A DNA stretch of 64,000 nt from Candidatus Lustribacter sp. (GCA_965277805.1 OZ255842.1:1504001-1568000); one strand, 5' to 3'. Positions 1-10,116 are shown, numbered from the stretch's first letter. Numbers and translations are program-made. The notes: generated by a model from the letters alone, not told the origin.

Positions 1-1
1 C

Positions 2-328
2 AAACTCAACGTCCGCGTCGCAATCGACGATTTCGGGACGGGGTACTCCTCGTTGTCGTTTCTCAAGCGCCTGCCGGTCGATATTGTCAAGATCGATCGC
101 AGCTTTATCTCCGGCGTGCTCAGCGATCCGCACGACGAAACGATCGCCGAGACGATCATCGCCATTTCCGAGCGCTTCGGCTTCCAGTCCTTAGCCGAAG
201 GCGCCGAACAAGATGCGGAAATCGAATGGCTGCGGCAGCGCGCGTGTCACTACGTCCAAGGTTATGCAATTTGCCACCCGCTCCCGATGCAGGAGTTCAA
301 GTCATGGCTGAACGCGCGCCCGACATAG
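2..328 (+). CDS. EAL-domain c-di-GMP phosphodiesterase, C-terminal part (5' truncated by window edge)
   Basis: Frame is open from position 2: VAIDDFGTGYSSLSFLKRLPVDIVKIDRSFI...AEGAE...QGY, the canonical EAL C-terminal motifs. Confidence 0.93.
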   Translation, partial: KLNVRVAIDDFGTGYSSLSFLKRLPVDIVKIDRSFISGVLSDPHDETIAETIIAISERFGFQSLAEGAEQDAEIEWLRQRACHYVQGYAICHPLPMQEFKSWLNARPT

Positions 329-768
329 CGAACGCCTTCGAAGGCGTGGAGGTCTTGCTCGTTGAGGACAACGAGCAGGATGCGGACCTCATCTTGCTCG
401 CGTTCAAAAAGGGCAAGCTCGTTAATAAGCTGTTCTGGGTGAAGGACGGCGTTGAAGCGCTGGACTTCGTCGGCGCGACCGGAGCCTACGAAAGCCGCGA
501 TGTGTGGGATGTGCCGCGCTTGATCCTGCTCGACATGAGCATGCCGCGGATGGGTGGGCTCGACGTGTTGCGGGCGCTGAAGGCCGACCCAAAAACGCGC
601 GCCATTCCGGTTGTCGTCATGACCGTATCCAACCAAGAACGCGATCTGAGCGATTGCTATGCGCTCGGCGCCAACGGCTTCGTGACCAAACCGATCGGCC
701 TCAAAGAACTCACCGACGCGGTTGCCAAGATCGGGATGTACTGGCTGCTCGTCAACCGCCAAGCGTAG
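304..768 (+). CDS. Single-domain response regulator (Rcp1/CheY-like receiver)
   Basis: LLVEDN, ILLD(MSMP) phosphoacceptor, VMT and FVTKP motifs; YW near the C-terminus as in Rcp1-type regulators. ATG at 304 preferred over the ORF-track start at 226. Confidence 0.9.
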   Translation: MAERAPDIANAFEGVEVLLVEDNEQDADLILLAFKKGKLVNKLFWVKDGVEALDFVGATGAYESRDVWDVPRLILLDMSMPRMGGLDVLRALKADPKTRAIPVVVMTVSNQERDLSDCYALGANGFVTKPIGLKELTDAVAKIGMYWLLVNRQA

Positions 769-2377
769 CCGGCACGGCGTCCGGCCGGCCGACGCGCGAG
801 CGGGCGTTGGTGTACCACACCATGCCGGGCGCGGCATCACGCTGTTTGCGCACGTACTTGCGCTCGGTGAAGTCGATCTCGACGCGCGGCGCATTGCGCG
901 CGCGGCTGTGCAGCGCGGCGTAGTCCGCAGCGCAATCGAGATCGCTGGCATCGGGTTCCGCGCCGGGCGGCGCCTGCAGCACGACGTGCGAACCGGGAAT
1001 GCCGCGCGCGTGAAACCAGAGATCGTCCGGCCGCGCGATGCGGAACGTGACCTCGACGTTTTCGCGCGGCGAACGCCCGACGAAGATCCGCGCACCGGAC
1101 GGCCGCTCGACGCGCAGCGGTGCGCGCGCGGTGCGTTTTCCGCCCGGCGCGGGTGCGGCCGTCTTACGGCCTTCGATGCGGTCGAGTTCCGCGCCGATTT
1201 CGGCCAAGGTCGTTGCGTCGCCGCGGTCCGTCTCGAACGCCAGGTCTTCGAGCGCCGCGCGCTTCGCTTCGAGCAAAGCGAGGCGGCGTTCGAGATGCGG
1301 TAATGCATCGGCAGCCTTGCGGTAGCGCACGAAATAGCTCGCGGCATTCGCTTTCGCGTCGAGGTCCGGATCGAGCACGATGTCGATCGCATCCTCGCCC
1401 GGCGTGCGGAAATGCGTGGCGCCGGCCGGGATGTCGTGACCGTAGGTGTGCAGCGCGTCACCGGCCGCCCGCAGCGCTTCGCGCCCGGCCGCGTCGTTGC
1501 GGCGCGCGGTGACTTGGGCGACTTCGGCCGCCGTATCGCGCATGCGTTTCGCGATCCGGTTGCGCAATGCCGTGCGCCGCCGTTCGCCGGCGTCGCTCGC
1601 GCGGCGGCCGGCACTGGTCGCGCGCGACTCGGCGAAGAGCGGCAGCAGCGCCGTCACGGTGCTGCGTTCGAGCGCTGCATATTGCGCCAGCGGCACGACG
1701 TGCGCCGCCACGAGCTTGCCGGCCTCACGGTAGACATACACCGGCGCATCGGGTGAAGCCGCGGCATCGTTGGCCGCCGCTTCGAGGGCAGCGCGGCGTT
1801 GCGGACCGGCATCGCCGGTCGCGGCCAGCGACTCGGCGAGCTGCTTCGGGAGCCGCGGCGGACCCTCGGGCAGGGGCGGCGGCCGGTAGGGTCCCCCAAC
1901 CCCCACGCTGCGCGCCTCATTTTCAGCCGGCGAGAATTGCTTCGCGGCCGCGATGATCGCGCCGTCGCGCAGGAGCAGCAGGTTCCCGAAGCGCGGCACC
2001 AACTCGGCCACGAGTTTGGCCCCGGACGTCACCCCGAACCGTGAAGTCGTTCCGAAGTCTAGCACGAGCACCCGGTCGCCCGGCCGGCTACGCACTTCAC
2101 CCAGCCGCAAGCCCCGCAAGGCGGCGGCGATCGGCTTCGACCAGCCCGGGTCACCCGCGATTGAAAGCTCCAGGGTCTCGAGCGAGACGAGCGGCGGCGA
2201 GCCGAAAATGTCGATCGCGAGAACGTCACCGGCCTGGAGGCCGCCCTTGCGCCGGCCGCCGAGGCGAATGCCGAAGCGCCCGTCGTCGAGCAGCCCGGCG
2301 TCGGTCACCCGGGCTCCGCGCAACTCGCGTTCGAGCTCCGCCGCCGCCCGTCGGATGAGGATCCAGTCCGTGACCAC
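752..2377 (-). CDS. rqcH: NFACT/FbpA family ribosome quality-control protein (RqcH/Rqc2 homolog)
   Basis: N-terminal PGDRVL and ELVPRFGNLLL; coiled-coil with NAASYFVRYRKA; C-terminal NFACT-R motifs GRSPREN, DLWFHARGIPGSHVVL and RKYVRK. Confidence 0.88.
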   Translation of the reverse strand: MVTDWILIRRAAAELERELRGARVTDAGLLDDGRFGIRLGGRRKGGLQAGDVLAIDIFGSPPLVSLETLELSIAGDPGWSKPIAAALRGLRLGEVRSRPGDRVLVLDFGTTSRFGVTSGAKLVAELVPRFGNLLLLRDGAIIAAAKQFSPAENEARSVGVGGPYRPPPLPEGPPRLPKQLAESLAATGDAGPQRRAALEAAANDAAASPDAPVYVYREAGKLVAAHVVPLAQYAALERSTVTALLPLFAESRATSAGRRASDAGERRRTALRNRIAKRMRDTAAEVAQVTARRNDAAGREALRAAGDALHTYGHDIPAGATHFRTPGEDAIDIVLDPDLDAKANAASYFVRYRKAADALPHLERRLALLEAKRAALEDLAFETDRGDATTLAEIGAELDRIEGRKTAAPAPGGKRTARAPLRVERPSGARIFVGRSPRENVEVTFRIARPDDLWFHARGIPGSHVVLQAPPGAEPDASDLDCAADYAALHSRARNAPRVEIDFTERKYVRKQRDAAPGMVWYTNARSRVGRPDAVPATLGG

Positions 2378-2431
2378 AGCCGGTTCGGGTTCACAGAGGG
2401 CTTCAAACGTTCCCCTTTGAAACCAAGTTAG

Positions 2432-3100
2432 TTGCCTGCGAGCCTGGCTCGTAGGCGCCGTCGTCTTAGGAGGAGTAGCGTTCTAACCGGGCCAGGTCTG
2501 TTGTTCGTCGTGTCGGGGCCCTCGGGGGCCGGAAAAGACACGCTGGTCGACGGGCTGCGATCGCGCCACGGACGCCTCAAATATTCGGTGTCCGCCACCA
2601 CCCGCGCACCTCGGCCGGGCGAGCGGGAAGGCATCGACTACTTCTTCGTAACGCGTGAAGCGTTCGAGCAGAAGCTCGCCGACAACGGCTTTATCGAACA
2701 CCGGCTCTACAACGACAATCTCTACGGTACGCCCCGGTCGTTCATCAACGAAGCGTTGCTGGACGGCTACGACGTGATCATGAAACCCGAAGTCAACGGT
2801 GCGATCGCGATCAAGGAACGGTTCCCCGAGGCCGTCTTAATCTTCATCGTTCCCGACCGCTTCTCGCTCTTGCAAACCCGGCTGGAAGCGCGGCGCACGG
2901 AAACCAACGACGTCATCGCCCAGCGCCTGGCCATCGCCCACGAAGAACTGCGCTACGTCCGCTTGTTCGACTACCTGCTCGTCAACCAAGAAGCCCACCC
3001 GGAAGTCGCCGTCGAGGACCTCGAAGCGATCGTCCGGGCCGAACGCATGCGCATCTACCGCTACCCGGACACCCGGATCAAGGAAATCGAAGAAAACTAA
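2432..3100 (+). CDS. gmk: Guanylate kinase (true start probably near 2480; see findings)
   Basis: P-loop SGPSGAGKDT, SVSATTRAPRPGEREGIDYFF and YGTP; directly upstream of rpoZ. Confidence 0.95.
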   Translation: MPASLARRRRRLRRSSVLTGPGLLFVVSGPSGAGKDTLVDGLRSRHGRLKYSVSATTRAPRPGEREGIDYFFVTREAFEQKLADNGFIEHRLYNDNLYGTPRSFINEALLDGYDVIMKPEVNGAIAIKERFPEAVLIFIVPDRFSLLQTRLEARRTETNDVIAQRLAIAHEELRYVRLFDYLLVNQEAHPEVAVEDLEAIVRAERMRIYRYPDTRIKEIEEN

Positions 3101-3318
3101 TGAGTAACTCCGTATTCGGCGACCTCGACGGCCTGCTCGCGCACGTCGACTCCAAGTTTTCGCTCGTCAACGTCGTGACGAAGCGGGCCAAACAGCTCAA
3201 CAACGGCGCCCCGCCGCTGACCGACTCGGTCAATCCGAACAAGCCGGTCTCGACCGCCTTCAGCGAAGTCCGGGAAGGCCGGATCCCCTACCACCGCACC
3301 AAAGAGGGCATCAAGTAA
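3100..3318 (+). CDS. rpoZ: RNA polymerase omega subunit
   Basis: 72 aa with SKFSLVNVVTKRAKQL and KPVSTAFSEV; conserved gmk-rpoZ synteny; TAATG overlap. Confidence 0.93.
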   Translation: MSNSVFGDLDGLLAHVDSKFSLVNVVTKRAKQLNNGAPPLTDSVNPNKPVSTAFSEVREGRIPYHRTKEGIK

Positions 3319-3349
3319 CCCCTTTCGGATTCGGCGCCTTCTAACCACT

Positions 3350-5188
3350 ATGTGCGGCATCGTAGGGTACATCGGCGAACGTGACAGCGTCCCGGTGATC
3401 ATGGATTCACTCGGCCGTCTCGAGTACCGCGGCTACGATTCGGCCGGGATCGCGGTGATCGACGACGCCGGCACGCTGATCGGTTCGAAGGCCGAAGGCA
3501 AGCTGGCGCGGCTGGCCGAGCGGCTGGCCAACGGCGAGGCGCTGCACGGCCACGTCGGCGTAGGACACACGCGCTGGGCCACGCACGGCCGCCCCTCGGA
3601 CGAGAATGCGCATCCGCATCTCGACTGCTCGAAGAAATTCGCGGTCGTCCACAACGGGATCATCGAAAACTACGCGGCGCTGCGGACCGAGCTGATCGGT
3701 GAGGGCCACACCTTCACGAGCGAGACCGATACCGAAGTCCTCGCGCACTTGCTGGAACGCCACTATACCGGCGATCTGGTCACCGCGGTACGCCATACGC
3801 TGGCCGAGGTGCGCGGCGCGTTCGCGCTGGGCGTGATCTCCTCCGACACGCCCGACCGGTTGATCTTCGCGCGCAACGGCGCCTCGCCGCTGGTCGTGGG
3901 CTTGGGCGACGGCGAGATGTTCGTCGCCTCCGATATCCCGGCGATCTTGCAATACACGCGCAAGGTGATCGTCCTCGAAGAGGGCGAGGTCGTGGAAGTG
4001 CGCCGCGACGGCTACGCGCTCACCGCCTTCAGCGGCAAAGCGATCGAACGCGAAGTGCGTCAGATCGCTTGGGAAGCCTCGTCGGCCGAGAAGAGCGGCT
4101 TCAAGCATTTTATGCTCAAGGAGATCTTCGAGCAGCCCAACGTGATCAAGGAAACGCTGGCCGGGCGCATCGACGAATCGTGCGACGTGCAGCTCGGCTC
4201 CGAGCTGCAGATCGAAGAGATCGTGCTGCGCGCGATGACCAAGATCTCGATCACCGGCTGCGGCACGGCCTACCATGCCGGTATGGTCGGAATGTATCTG
4301 ATGCGCGCGCTGTGCAAGATTCCCGTCGAAATGGAACTCGCGTCGGAATTTCGTTACGGTGACCGCGCGATGGACCCGCGCACGCTGACGATCGCGATGT
4401 CGCAGTCCGGCGAGACCGCCGACACGATCGAAGCGGTGAAGATCGCGCGCGAAGCCGGTGCTCCGGTGATCGGCATCTGCAACGTCGTCGGCTCGCATCT
4501 CACCCGCCTGGCCGACGGCACGCTGCACACCCGCGGCGGCCCGGAAATCTCCGTCGCGGCCACAAAAACCTATGTGTCGCAAGCGATTGCGGCGACGCTG
4601 CTCGCGCTCTATTTGGCGCGCGTTCGCAAGTCGGCGCCGCTCGAACGCTTGCGAGAGATCGCCGAGGGTACGCGCCTTCTGCCGGCCGCCATCGACGTCG
4701 CATTGAACGCGAGCGATGCGGTGAAGAAGGTTGCGCGGAAGATCCGGCGCGCGCGCTCGGTGCTCTTTCTCGGCCGCTACGTCAACTTTCCGACGGCGCT
4801 CGAAGGCGCGCTCAAGCTCAAGGAGATTTCATACATTCACGCTGAGGGGTACGCCGCGGGCGAGATGAAGCACGGGCCGATCGCGCTGCTCGATCCGCGC
4901 ACGCCGGTGGTCGGCATCGTGACCGACGGCCGCGTGCGGGAGAAGATGCTCTCCAATCTCTCCGAAGCGAAGGCGCGCGAAGCCCCGCTGATCATTGTCG
5001 CCAACCACGGCGACGACGAGGCCGCGGCCATCGCCGACCACGTGCTGTGGGTGCCGAAGGTCGACGAGCTGCTCTCGCCGATCGTCAACGTGATCCCGCT
5101 GCAATTGCTCGCCTACCACATCGCCGACATCGAAGGCAAAGACGTCGATCAGCCGCGCAATCTGGCTAAGACGGTTACGGTCGAATAA
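3350..5188 (+). CDS. glmS: Glutamine--fructose-6-phosphate transaminase (isomerizing)
   Basis: MCGIVG N-terminus, [19 protein letters not shown] and C-terminal [11 protein letters not shown]. Confidence 0.98.
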   Translation: MCGIVGYIGERDSVPVIMDSLGRLEYRGYDSAGIAVIDDAGTLIGSKAEGKLARLAERLANGEALHGHVGVGHTRWATHGRPSDENAHPHLDCSKKFAVVHNGIIENYAALRTELIGEGHTFTSETDTEVLAHLLERHYTGDLVTAVRHTLAEVRGAFALGVISSDTPDRLIFARNGASPLVVGLGDGEMFVASDIPAILQYTRKVIVLEEGEVVEVRRDGYALTAFSGKAIEREVRQIAWEASSAEKSGFKHFMLKEIFEQPNVIKETLAGRIDESCDVQLGSELQIEEIVLRAMTKISITGCGTAYHAGMVGMYLMRALCKIPVEMELASEFRYGDRAMDPRTLTIAMSQSGETADTIEAVKIAREAGAPVIGICNVVGSHLTRLADGTLHTRGGPEISVAATKTYVSQAIAATLLALYLARVRKSAPLERLREIAEGTRLLPAAIDVALNASDAVKKVARKIRRARSVLFLGRYVNFPTALEGALKLKEISYIHAEGYAAGEMKHGPIALLDPRTPVVGIVTDGRVREKMLSNLSEAKAREAPLIIVANHGDDEAAAIADHVLWVPKVDELLSPIVNVIPLQLLAYHIADIEGKDVDQPRNLAKTVTVE

Positions 5189-5190
5189 GG

Positions 5191-5913
5191 GTGCGTCCCG
5201 ACGGAAGAGCGCCCGACGCGTTGCGCCCGGTGACGATTGCGACCGGCTTCATGCCCAATGCCGAAGGCAGCGTACTGATCAGCGTCGGCGAGACGCGCGT
5301 CATCTGCGCGGCCTCGTACGAAGAACGCGTCCCGCCCTGGATGCGCGGCCGCGGCACCGGCTGGGTGACCGCCGAGTACAGCATGCTGCCGCGCGCGACG
5401 GTCGAGCGTACGCAGCGTGAAGCGAACAAAGGCAAAATCGGCGGCCGCACGCACGAGATCCAGCGCTTGATCGGGCGCGCGCTGCGGGCCACCGTCGACA
5501 TGGCGAAGCTCGGCGAACGCATGATCACGATCGACTGCGACGTGATCGGTGCCGACGGCGGGACGCGCACGGCGTCGATCACCGGCGCCTGGGTTGCGCT
5601 CTCGCTCGCCCTGCGCAAACACTTCGATCCCAAAGATGCCAAGACGTGGCCGCTCACGGGTCAAATTGCGGCGATCTCTGTCGGCATCGTCAACGGCACC
5701 CCCGTGCTCGACCTGCCCTACGTTGAGGACAGCACGGCCGAAGTCGACATGAACGTGGCCATGACGGCGGCCGGCGGTTTCGTCGAATTGCAAGGTACGG
5801 CGGAGGGCAAACCCTTCGACCGAGCGCAGCTCGATACGCTGTTGGCGCTCGCCGACGGCGGTATTCGCACGCTCTTCGAAGCGCAGGCCGCGGCCCTCGC
5901 CACCCGTGTCTGA
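5191..5913 (+). CDS. rph: Ribonuclease PH
   Basis: [41 protein letters not shown] and ELQGTAE. Confidence 0.97.
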   Translation: MRPDGRAPDALRPVTIATGFMPNAEGSVLISVGETRVICAASYEERVPPWMRGRGTGWVTAEYSMLPRATVERTQREANKGKIGGRTHEIQRLIGRALRATVDMAKLGERMITIDCDVIGADGGTRTASITGAWVALSLALRKHFDPKDAKTWPLTGQIAAISVGIVNGTPVLDLPYVEDSTAEVDMNVAMTAAGGFVELQGTAEGKPFDRAQLDTLLALADGGIRTLFEAQAAALATRV

Positions 5914-6238
5914 CGCGCCGCTGCGCGCCTTAGCCGAACGCGTCGCCGCGTTCCACATCACCGATCGAGCGATGCTGCGCGCGCAGAATACTTTCACTGC
6001 GGCCCTGCGCGCGGGAGAACCATCACCGGCTGAGAGCGCCGCGTATCTGCGCGCCGTCCGCACCTATTTCAGCGGCTTCGAACGGGACGCGCAGGCCCAA
6101 CTGGCAAGCGTCGACCGCGAACTGGACCTGCTCTATCAGCGCCAGTACAATCTCGCCGCAGAGCGTGGCGTAGCGCACAAACGCCTCGAGGCCGTGCAGG
6201 GCGTTCTTGCATCGGTTGCTGAACTCGGCTCTCCATGA
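5906..6238 (+). CDS. Hypothetical helical/coiled-coil protein
   Basis: 110-aa ORF filling the gap between rph and mlaE and overlapping both; no motif recognised. Confidence 0.7.
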   Translation: MSDAPLRALAERVAAFHITDRAMLRAQNTFTAALRAGEPSPAESAAYLRAVRTYFSGFERDAQAQLASVDRELDLLYQRQYNLAAERGVAHKRLEAVQGVLASVAELGSP

Positions 6239-7008
6239 ATGTGCTCGAAGATCTCGGGCGTGAAACGACCGGGTTCTTCTCGTACGCGGGCGGCGCGGCC
6301 ATGCTGCTTGCCGATAGCGCGTCGTTCGTGGGCAAGCTGCGGGTCCGCGTCGGCGAGACCATGGAACAGGCGTTCCGCCTCGGCGTGCAATCGTGGGGCA
6401 TCGTTATCCTCACGTCGCTTTGCACCGGCATGGTGTTTGCGCTCGAGTCGGCCAATCAGGCCGTAGCCTACGGCGTGGGCAACCTCGTCGGCGGCGCGGT
6501 CGCGTTCACGATGGCACGCGAACTCGGGCCGATGCTCTCGGCTGTGGTCGTCGCCGGGCGGTCCGGAGCGGCGATTTCCGCCGAACTCGGATCGATGGTC
6601 GTGACCGAGCAGATCGAAGCCCTGCAGTCGCTGGGCCTCTCGCCCACGCGTATGCTGGTCGTGCCGCGACTGGTCGCGCTCGTCATCATGCTGCCGCTGC
6701 TCACGGTCTTCGCCGACATCGTCAGCATCGCTGGCGGCGCCTACATCGCAAGCATCTTCGCGCACGTCAGCTACGAGTCGTTCATCAATTCGGCCCGCGC
6801 ATCGGTGCCGTTCATCGACGTCTGTAAGGGACTGCTGAAGTCGGTCGTGTTCGGGATCATCATCGCGATCATCGGCTCGTATAGCGGCCTGCAGACCCGC
6901 GGCGGGGCGGCCGGCGTCGGCCGCGCGACGACCTCGGCGGTCGTCATCGCCATCATCCTGATCTTTATATTCAACTTCGCGCTCTCGTACGTGCTGTTTC
7001 CGCAATGA
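6235..7008 (+). CDS. mlaE: MlaE-family lipid ABC transporter permease
   Basis: RELGPMLSAVVVAGRSGAAISAELGSMVVTEQIEAL and GGAAGVGRATT motifs; multiple TM segments. Confidence 0.95.
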   Translation: MNVLEDLGRETTGFFSYAGGAAMLLADSASFVGKLRVRVGETMEQAFRLGVQSWGIVILTSLCTGMVFALESANQAVAYGVGNLVGGAVAFTMARELGPMLSAVVVAGRSGAAISAELGSMVVTEQIEALQSLGLSPTRMLVVPRLVALVIMLPLLTVFADIVSIAGGAYIASIFAHVSYESFINSARASVPFIDVCKGLLKSVVFGIIIAIIGSYSGLQTRGGAAGVGRATTSAVVIAIILIFIFNFALSYVLFPQ

Positions 7009-7778
7009 CCGCGACGGCGAGCGATCCGAAGATCTACGCGCGGCTCGACGACATCGGCGTGCGCTACGGCCCGAAGGTCGTGATGCAGCACCTCTCGCTC
7101 GACATCGTCGAGGGCGCGATCACGTGCATCATCGGGCTCTCCGGGGCGGGCAAATCGACGATTCTGCGCCTGATCAACGGCTTGCGCCGGCCCGACGAGG
7201 GCCGCGTGCTTATCGGCAACCGCGATATCTCGGGGCTGCCCGAACGCGATCTGATCGCGATCCGCGAGACGATCGGCTTTTCGTTCCAGTTCGCGGCGCT
7301 CTTCGATTCGCTCTCGATTTTCGACAACGTGGCGCTCCCGCTGCGCGAGCGCACGAAGATGCCCGAGGACAAGATCCGCTCGCTGGTCGAGGAAACGCTC
7401 GAGAGCGTGGGCCTCGCCAACGTGATCGACCGTTTTCCGGCCGAGCTCTCGGGCGGGATGGTCAAGCGCGCCGGCTTCGCCCGGGCCGTGATCTCGAACC
7501 CGCACTGCGTGCTCTACGACGAGCCGACCACCGGCCTCGATCCCATCATCACGCACGTGCTGACCGATCTCATCATCCGCTTGCGCCAGCGGCTGAACGG
7601 AACCGCGGTCGTGGTCTCGCACGACCTCGAGAGCATCTTCCAGATGGCCGACTACGTGGCCATGCTCTTCGAAGGTGCGATCATCGCTTACGGCACACGC
7701 GAGGAGATTCAGGCCTCGCACAACCCCATCGTGCAGCAGTTTTTGCAAGGGAGCGAAGTGGGACCGATACCGATATGA
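7005..7778 (+). CDS. mlaF: MlaF/Mkl-family ABC ATPase
   Basis: Walker A GLSGAGKS, FQFAALFDSL, signature LSGGMVKR and Walker B LYDEPTTGLDP; lies between mlaE and an MCE gene. Confidence 0.94.
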   Translation: MTATASDPKIYARLDDIGVRYGPKVVMQHLSLDIVEGAITCIIGLSGAGKSTILRLINGLRRPDEGRVLIGNRDISGLPERDLIAIRETIGFSFQFAALFDSLSIFDNVALPLRERTKMPEDKIRSLVEETLESVGLANVIDRFPAELSGGMVKRAGFARAVISNPHCVLYDEPTTGLDPIITHVLTDLIIRLRQRLNGTAVVVSHDLESIFQMADYVAMLFEGAIIAYGTREEIQASHNPIVQQFLQGSEVGPIPI

Positions 7779-9412
7779 ACAAACAAGCGATCGTCGGCCT
7801 CTTCACGATCCTCGGCCTGCTGGCGCTTTTCGCGGTGTTCCTGGTCATCGCCAACGTCGGCACCGGCGGGCGTTACGAAACCGCCGTGCACTTCAAATCC
7901 GCCGCCGGTCTGCACAAGGGCGCGCTGGTCTACGAAAGCGGCGTCATCGTCGGCGTCGTCGATCAGACCAGATTGCTGCCCGAGGATTTCACCGTCGACG
8001 TGGTCATGGGAATCAACAACAGCGTCGATGTGCCGCGCGATTCCCGCTTCCTGATCGCCGCGCCGCTGACCGGCGACGCGACGGTCGAGATCGTGCCGCC
8101 GCTGCCGGCGCCGCGTCCGGCCGGCCTCGTCGGTCCGACGCCCGTGCCCCAGCAAGTCGCGCTCCTGCCGCGTCAAGTGCTGCCGCTCGAACAGCAGCCG
8201 CAGGGAACGAACCCGGCCACGCTCGGCGATTTACTCGAAGAAGGCCAGGGCGAAGTGCACCGTCTCGACCGCATGCTGGGCCAGCTCGAAGACAGCGAAC
8301 CGCACCTGTTGGCCTCGCTGCAGTCAGCGCTCAACAACGCCAACGACCTCACCACGCAGGGCAGCAAACGCCTCTACCGTTTGGCCGACAAACTCGATGC
8401 GATGACGACCACGCTGCAAGTCGCGCTGGATGCCGGGAGCAAAAACCTCGTCGACATCACGGGCACGCTCGACACGACCTTGCACCACAACACCGCGAAC
8501 GTCGATCAGATGTTTTCGATGTTGAGCAAGACCTCGGTCGCGCTCAACCAGACCGTCGACCAAGTGCGCGATCTCGCCTCGAACCCGCAGGTGCATCAGA
8601 ACCTGCTCGACGTGACCAAAGGGCTCGCCCAAACGGCCACCAACATCGGCGGGATGACGCAAGACCTGCGCAGCGTTACCGGCAATCCGCAAACGCAAGC
8701 GCAGCTGCGCGATACGATCGCGAACACCGACGCCGCAACGCAGAAACTCAACTCGCTGTTGCGCAGTTTCGGCGGCACCAGCAGCGTGTACGGCGTCGAT
8801 TCCGGGGCCACGCCGGCTCCGGGAGCCACAGGCGGCCCCCGCGCGGCTGCACCGCCTCCGGGCGGCGGCGTTCCCGGCGGTACGATCGCGGGCGTTCCGA
8901 ACGCGGCCGGCAGTCCGACGGCGGGAACGCTGCCGCAAAACTTCAAGAGCCGCATCGGCGCCGTCGCGAAGAGCCTTCTGGCGATTCAAATCCGCTTGAG
9001 CGAGCTCGACGCGTATCAGCCGAACACGATCGGCCAGCGGCTGCTGCAAACGAGCCAGCGCGGACCGCAGACCGACGTCAACGCGTTCATCCTGCCCAAC
9101 GGCAAGACGTCGCTCTTCGTCGGCGCAAACGACATCGGCACGCCGCAGACCAGCTGGAACGTTGCCGTCAAGGAGAACGTCGCGCCGCACATGTATCTCG
9201 GCGGCGGCGTGCTCTACAACAACCTCGGCGCGATCGCGCAGTACAACCCGGGCGTGATCGGCTTCGAAGCCCGCCTCTACGATCCGCAATTTCCCACGCT
9301 CGACGCGTACGCGAATATCAATCTGTCGCGCGGCATCCAGCTCTTCGGCGGCGAGCGCGACATCACACACAGCGGCCGGCGTACCGTGTTCGGGCTTCAG
9401 CTGCAGTTTTGA
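7775..9412 (+). CDS. mlaD: MlaD/MCE protein with long helical stalk and C-terminal beta-barrel-like domain
   Basis: ATG at 7775 overlaps the mlaF stop. N-terminal TM (AIVGLFTILG), MCE motif FKSAAGLHKGALVYESGVIVGVV, heptad-rich helical region, then alternating beta strands ending VFGLQLQF. Confidence 0.9.
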   Translation: MNKQAIVGLFTILGLLALFAVFLVIANVGTGGRYETAVHFKSAAGLHKGALVYESGVIVGVVDQTRLLPEDFTVDVVMGINNSVDVPRDSRFLIAAPLTGDATVEIVPPLPAPRPAGLVGPTPVPQQVALLPRQVLPLEQQPQGTNPATLGDLLEEGQGEVHRLDRMLGQLEDSEPHLLASLQSALNNANDLTTQGSKRLYRLADKLDAMTTTLQVALDAGSKNLVDITGTLDTTLHHNTANVDQMFSMLSKTSVALNQTVDQVRDLASNPQVHQNLLDVTKGLAQTATNIGGMTQDLRSVTGNPQTQAQLRDTIANTDAATQKLNSLLRSFGGTSSVYGVDSGATPAPGATGGPRAAAPPPGGGVPGGTIAGVPNAAGSPTAGTLPQNFKSRIGAVAKSLLAIQIRLSELDAYQPNTIGQRLLQTSQRGPQTDVNAFILPNGKTSLFVGANDIGTPQTSWNVAVKENVAPHMYLGGGVLYNNLGAIAQYNPGVIGFEARLYDPQFPTLDAYANINLSRGIQLFGGERDITHSGRRTVFGLQLQF

Positions 9413-10113
9413 TCCCCATCGGTGACGGCCGGCGCTTGCCGGGCTTCCCCTTTGTGGTCTACCTGCTCATCGCGTGCAACGTGTACGTGTTCATCCAGGA
9501 GCTCGGCGCGCCGGATATCGACCGGTTCATCAATCTCTACGCCACGATTCCGTTCGACATCACGCACGGCATCGTGCTGCCGCCGCCGAGTCCGCCGTTC
9601 CCGGCCCTGACGATTCTCACGGCGATGTTCTTGCACGCGAGCATCCTGCACATCGGCTTCAACATGCTCTTTCTGTTCGTGTTCGGGCCCGAGATCGAGT
9701 ACGTGTGCGGGCACGTCGGATTCGCCGTGCTCTACGTCCTGTGCGGCGTGGCGGGCGGCGTGCTGCAAATCGCCATTTCGCCCGGCAGCCACGTGCCCGA
9801 ACTCGGTGCGTCCGGCGCAATCGCCGGCATCCTCGGCGCGTTCATCGTGACCGATCCCACCGCGCGCATCAACACGATCGTCCCGATCGGCTGCTTTCCG
9901 TTGTTCTTGCGCATCCCGGCGGTGATCGTGATCGGCATTTGGGCCGCGATTCAATTCGTCAGCGGTTTCGGCTCGCTCTCCGAGCGGCTGGCGACGGAAA
10001 CCAGCGGGACGGCATATTTCGTCCACATCGGCGGTTTCGCGTGCGGCGTCTTCGCGATCGGTCTCTTCCGGCGCCACAGCGCGGGAACACGCGGCCGGCC
10101 CGGAATAAGCTGA
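9409..10113 (+). CDS. Rhomboid family intramembrane serine protease
   Basis: TTG start overlapping the mlaD stop (MIPIGD); MFLHASILHIGFNM, catalytic GASGA and HIGGF. Confidence 0.92.
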   Translation: MIPIGDGRRLPGFPFVVYLLIACNVYVFIQELGAPDIDRFINLYATIPFDITHGIVLPPPSPPFPALTILTAMFLHASILHIGFNMLFLFVFGPEIEYVCGHVGFAVLYVLCGVAGGVLQIAISPGSHVPELGASGAIAGILGAFIVTDPTARINTIVPIGCFPLFLRIPAVIVIGIWAAIQFVSGFGSLSERLATETSGTAYFVHIGGFACGVFAIGLFRRHSAGTRGRPGIS

Positions 10114-10116
10114 AGC

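Noticed and set aside
2402-2421. TTCAAA-N8-TTTGAA inverted repeat between rqcH and gmk
   Set aside because: Only 6 bp per arm, no cognate regulator nearby and no second copy noticed; too weak to call.
7124-7774. N-terminal extension of MlaD in the ORF track
   Set aside because: Off-frame overlap with mlaF; ATG 7775 gives the typical MlaD TM start.
7675-10113. 812-aa ORF suggesting a large fusion to the rhomboid
   Set aside because: The first ~580 aa are an Arg-rich off-frame shadow of mlaF/mlaD; only 9409-10113 is rhomboid-like.
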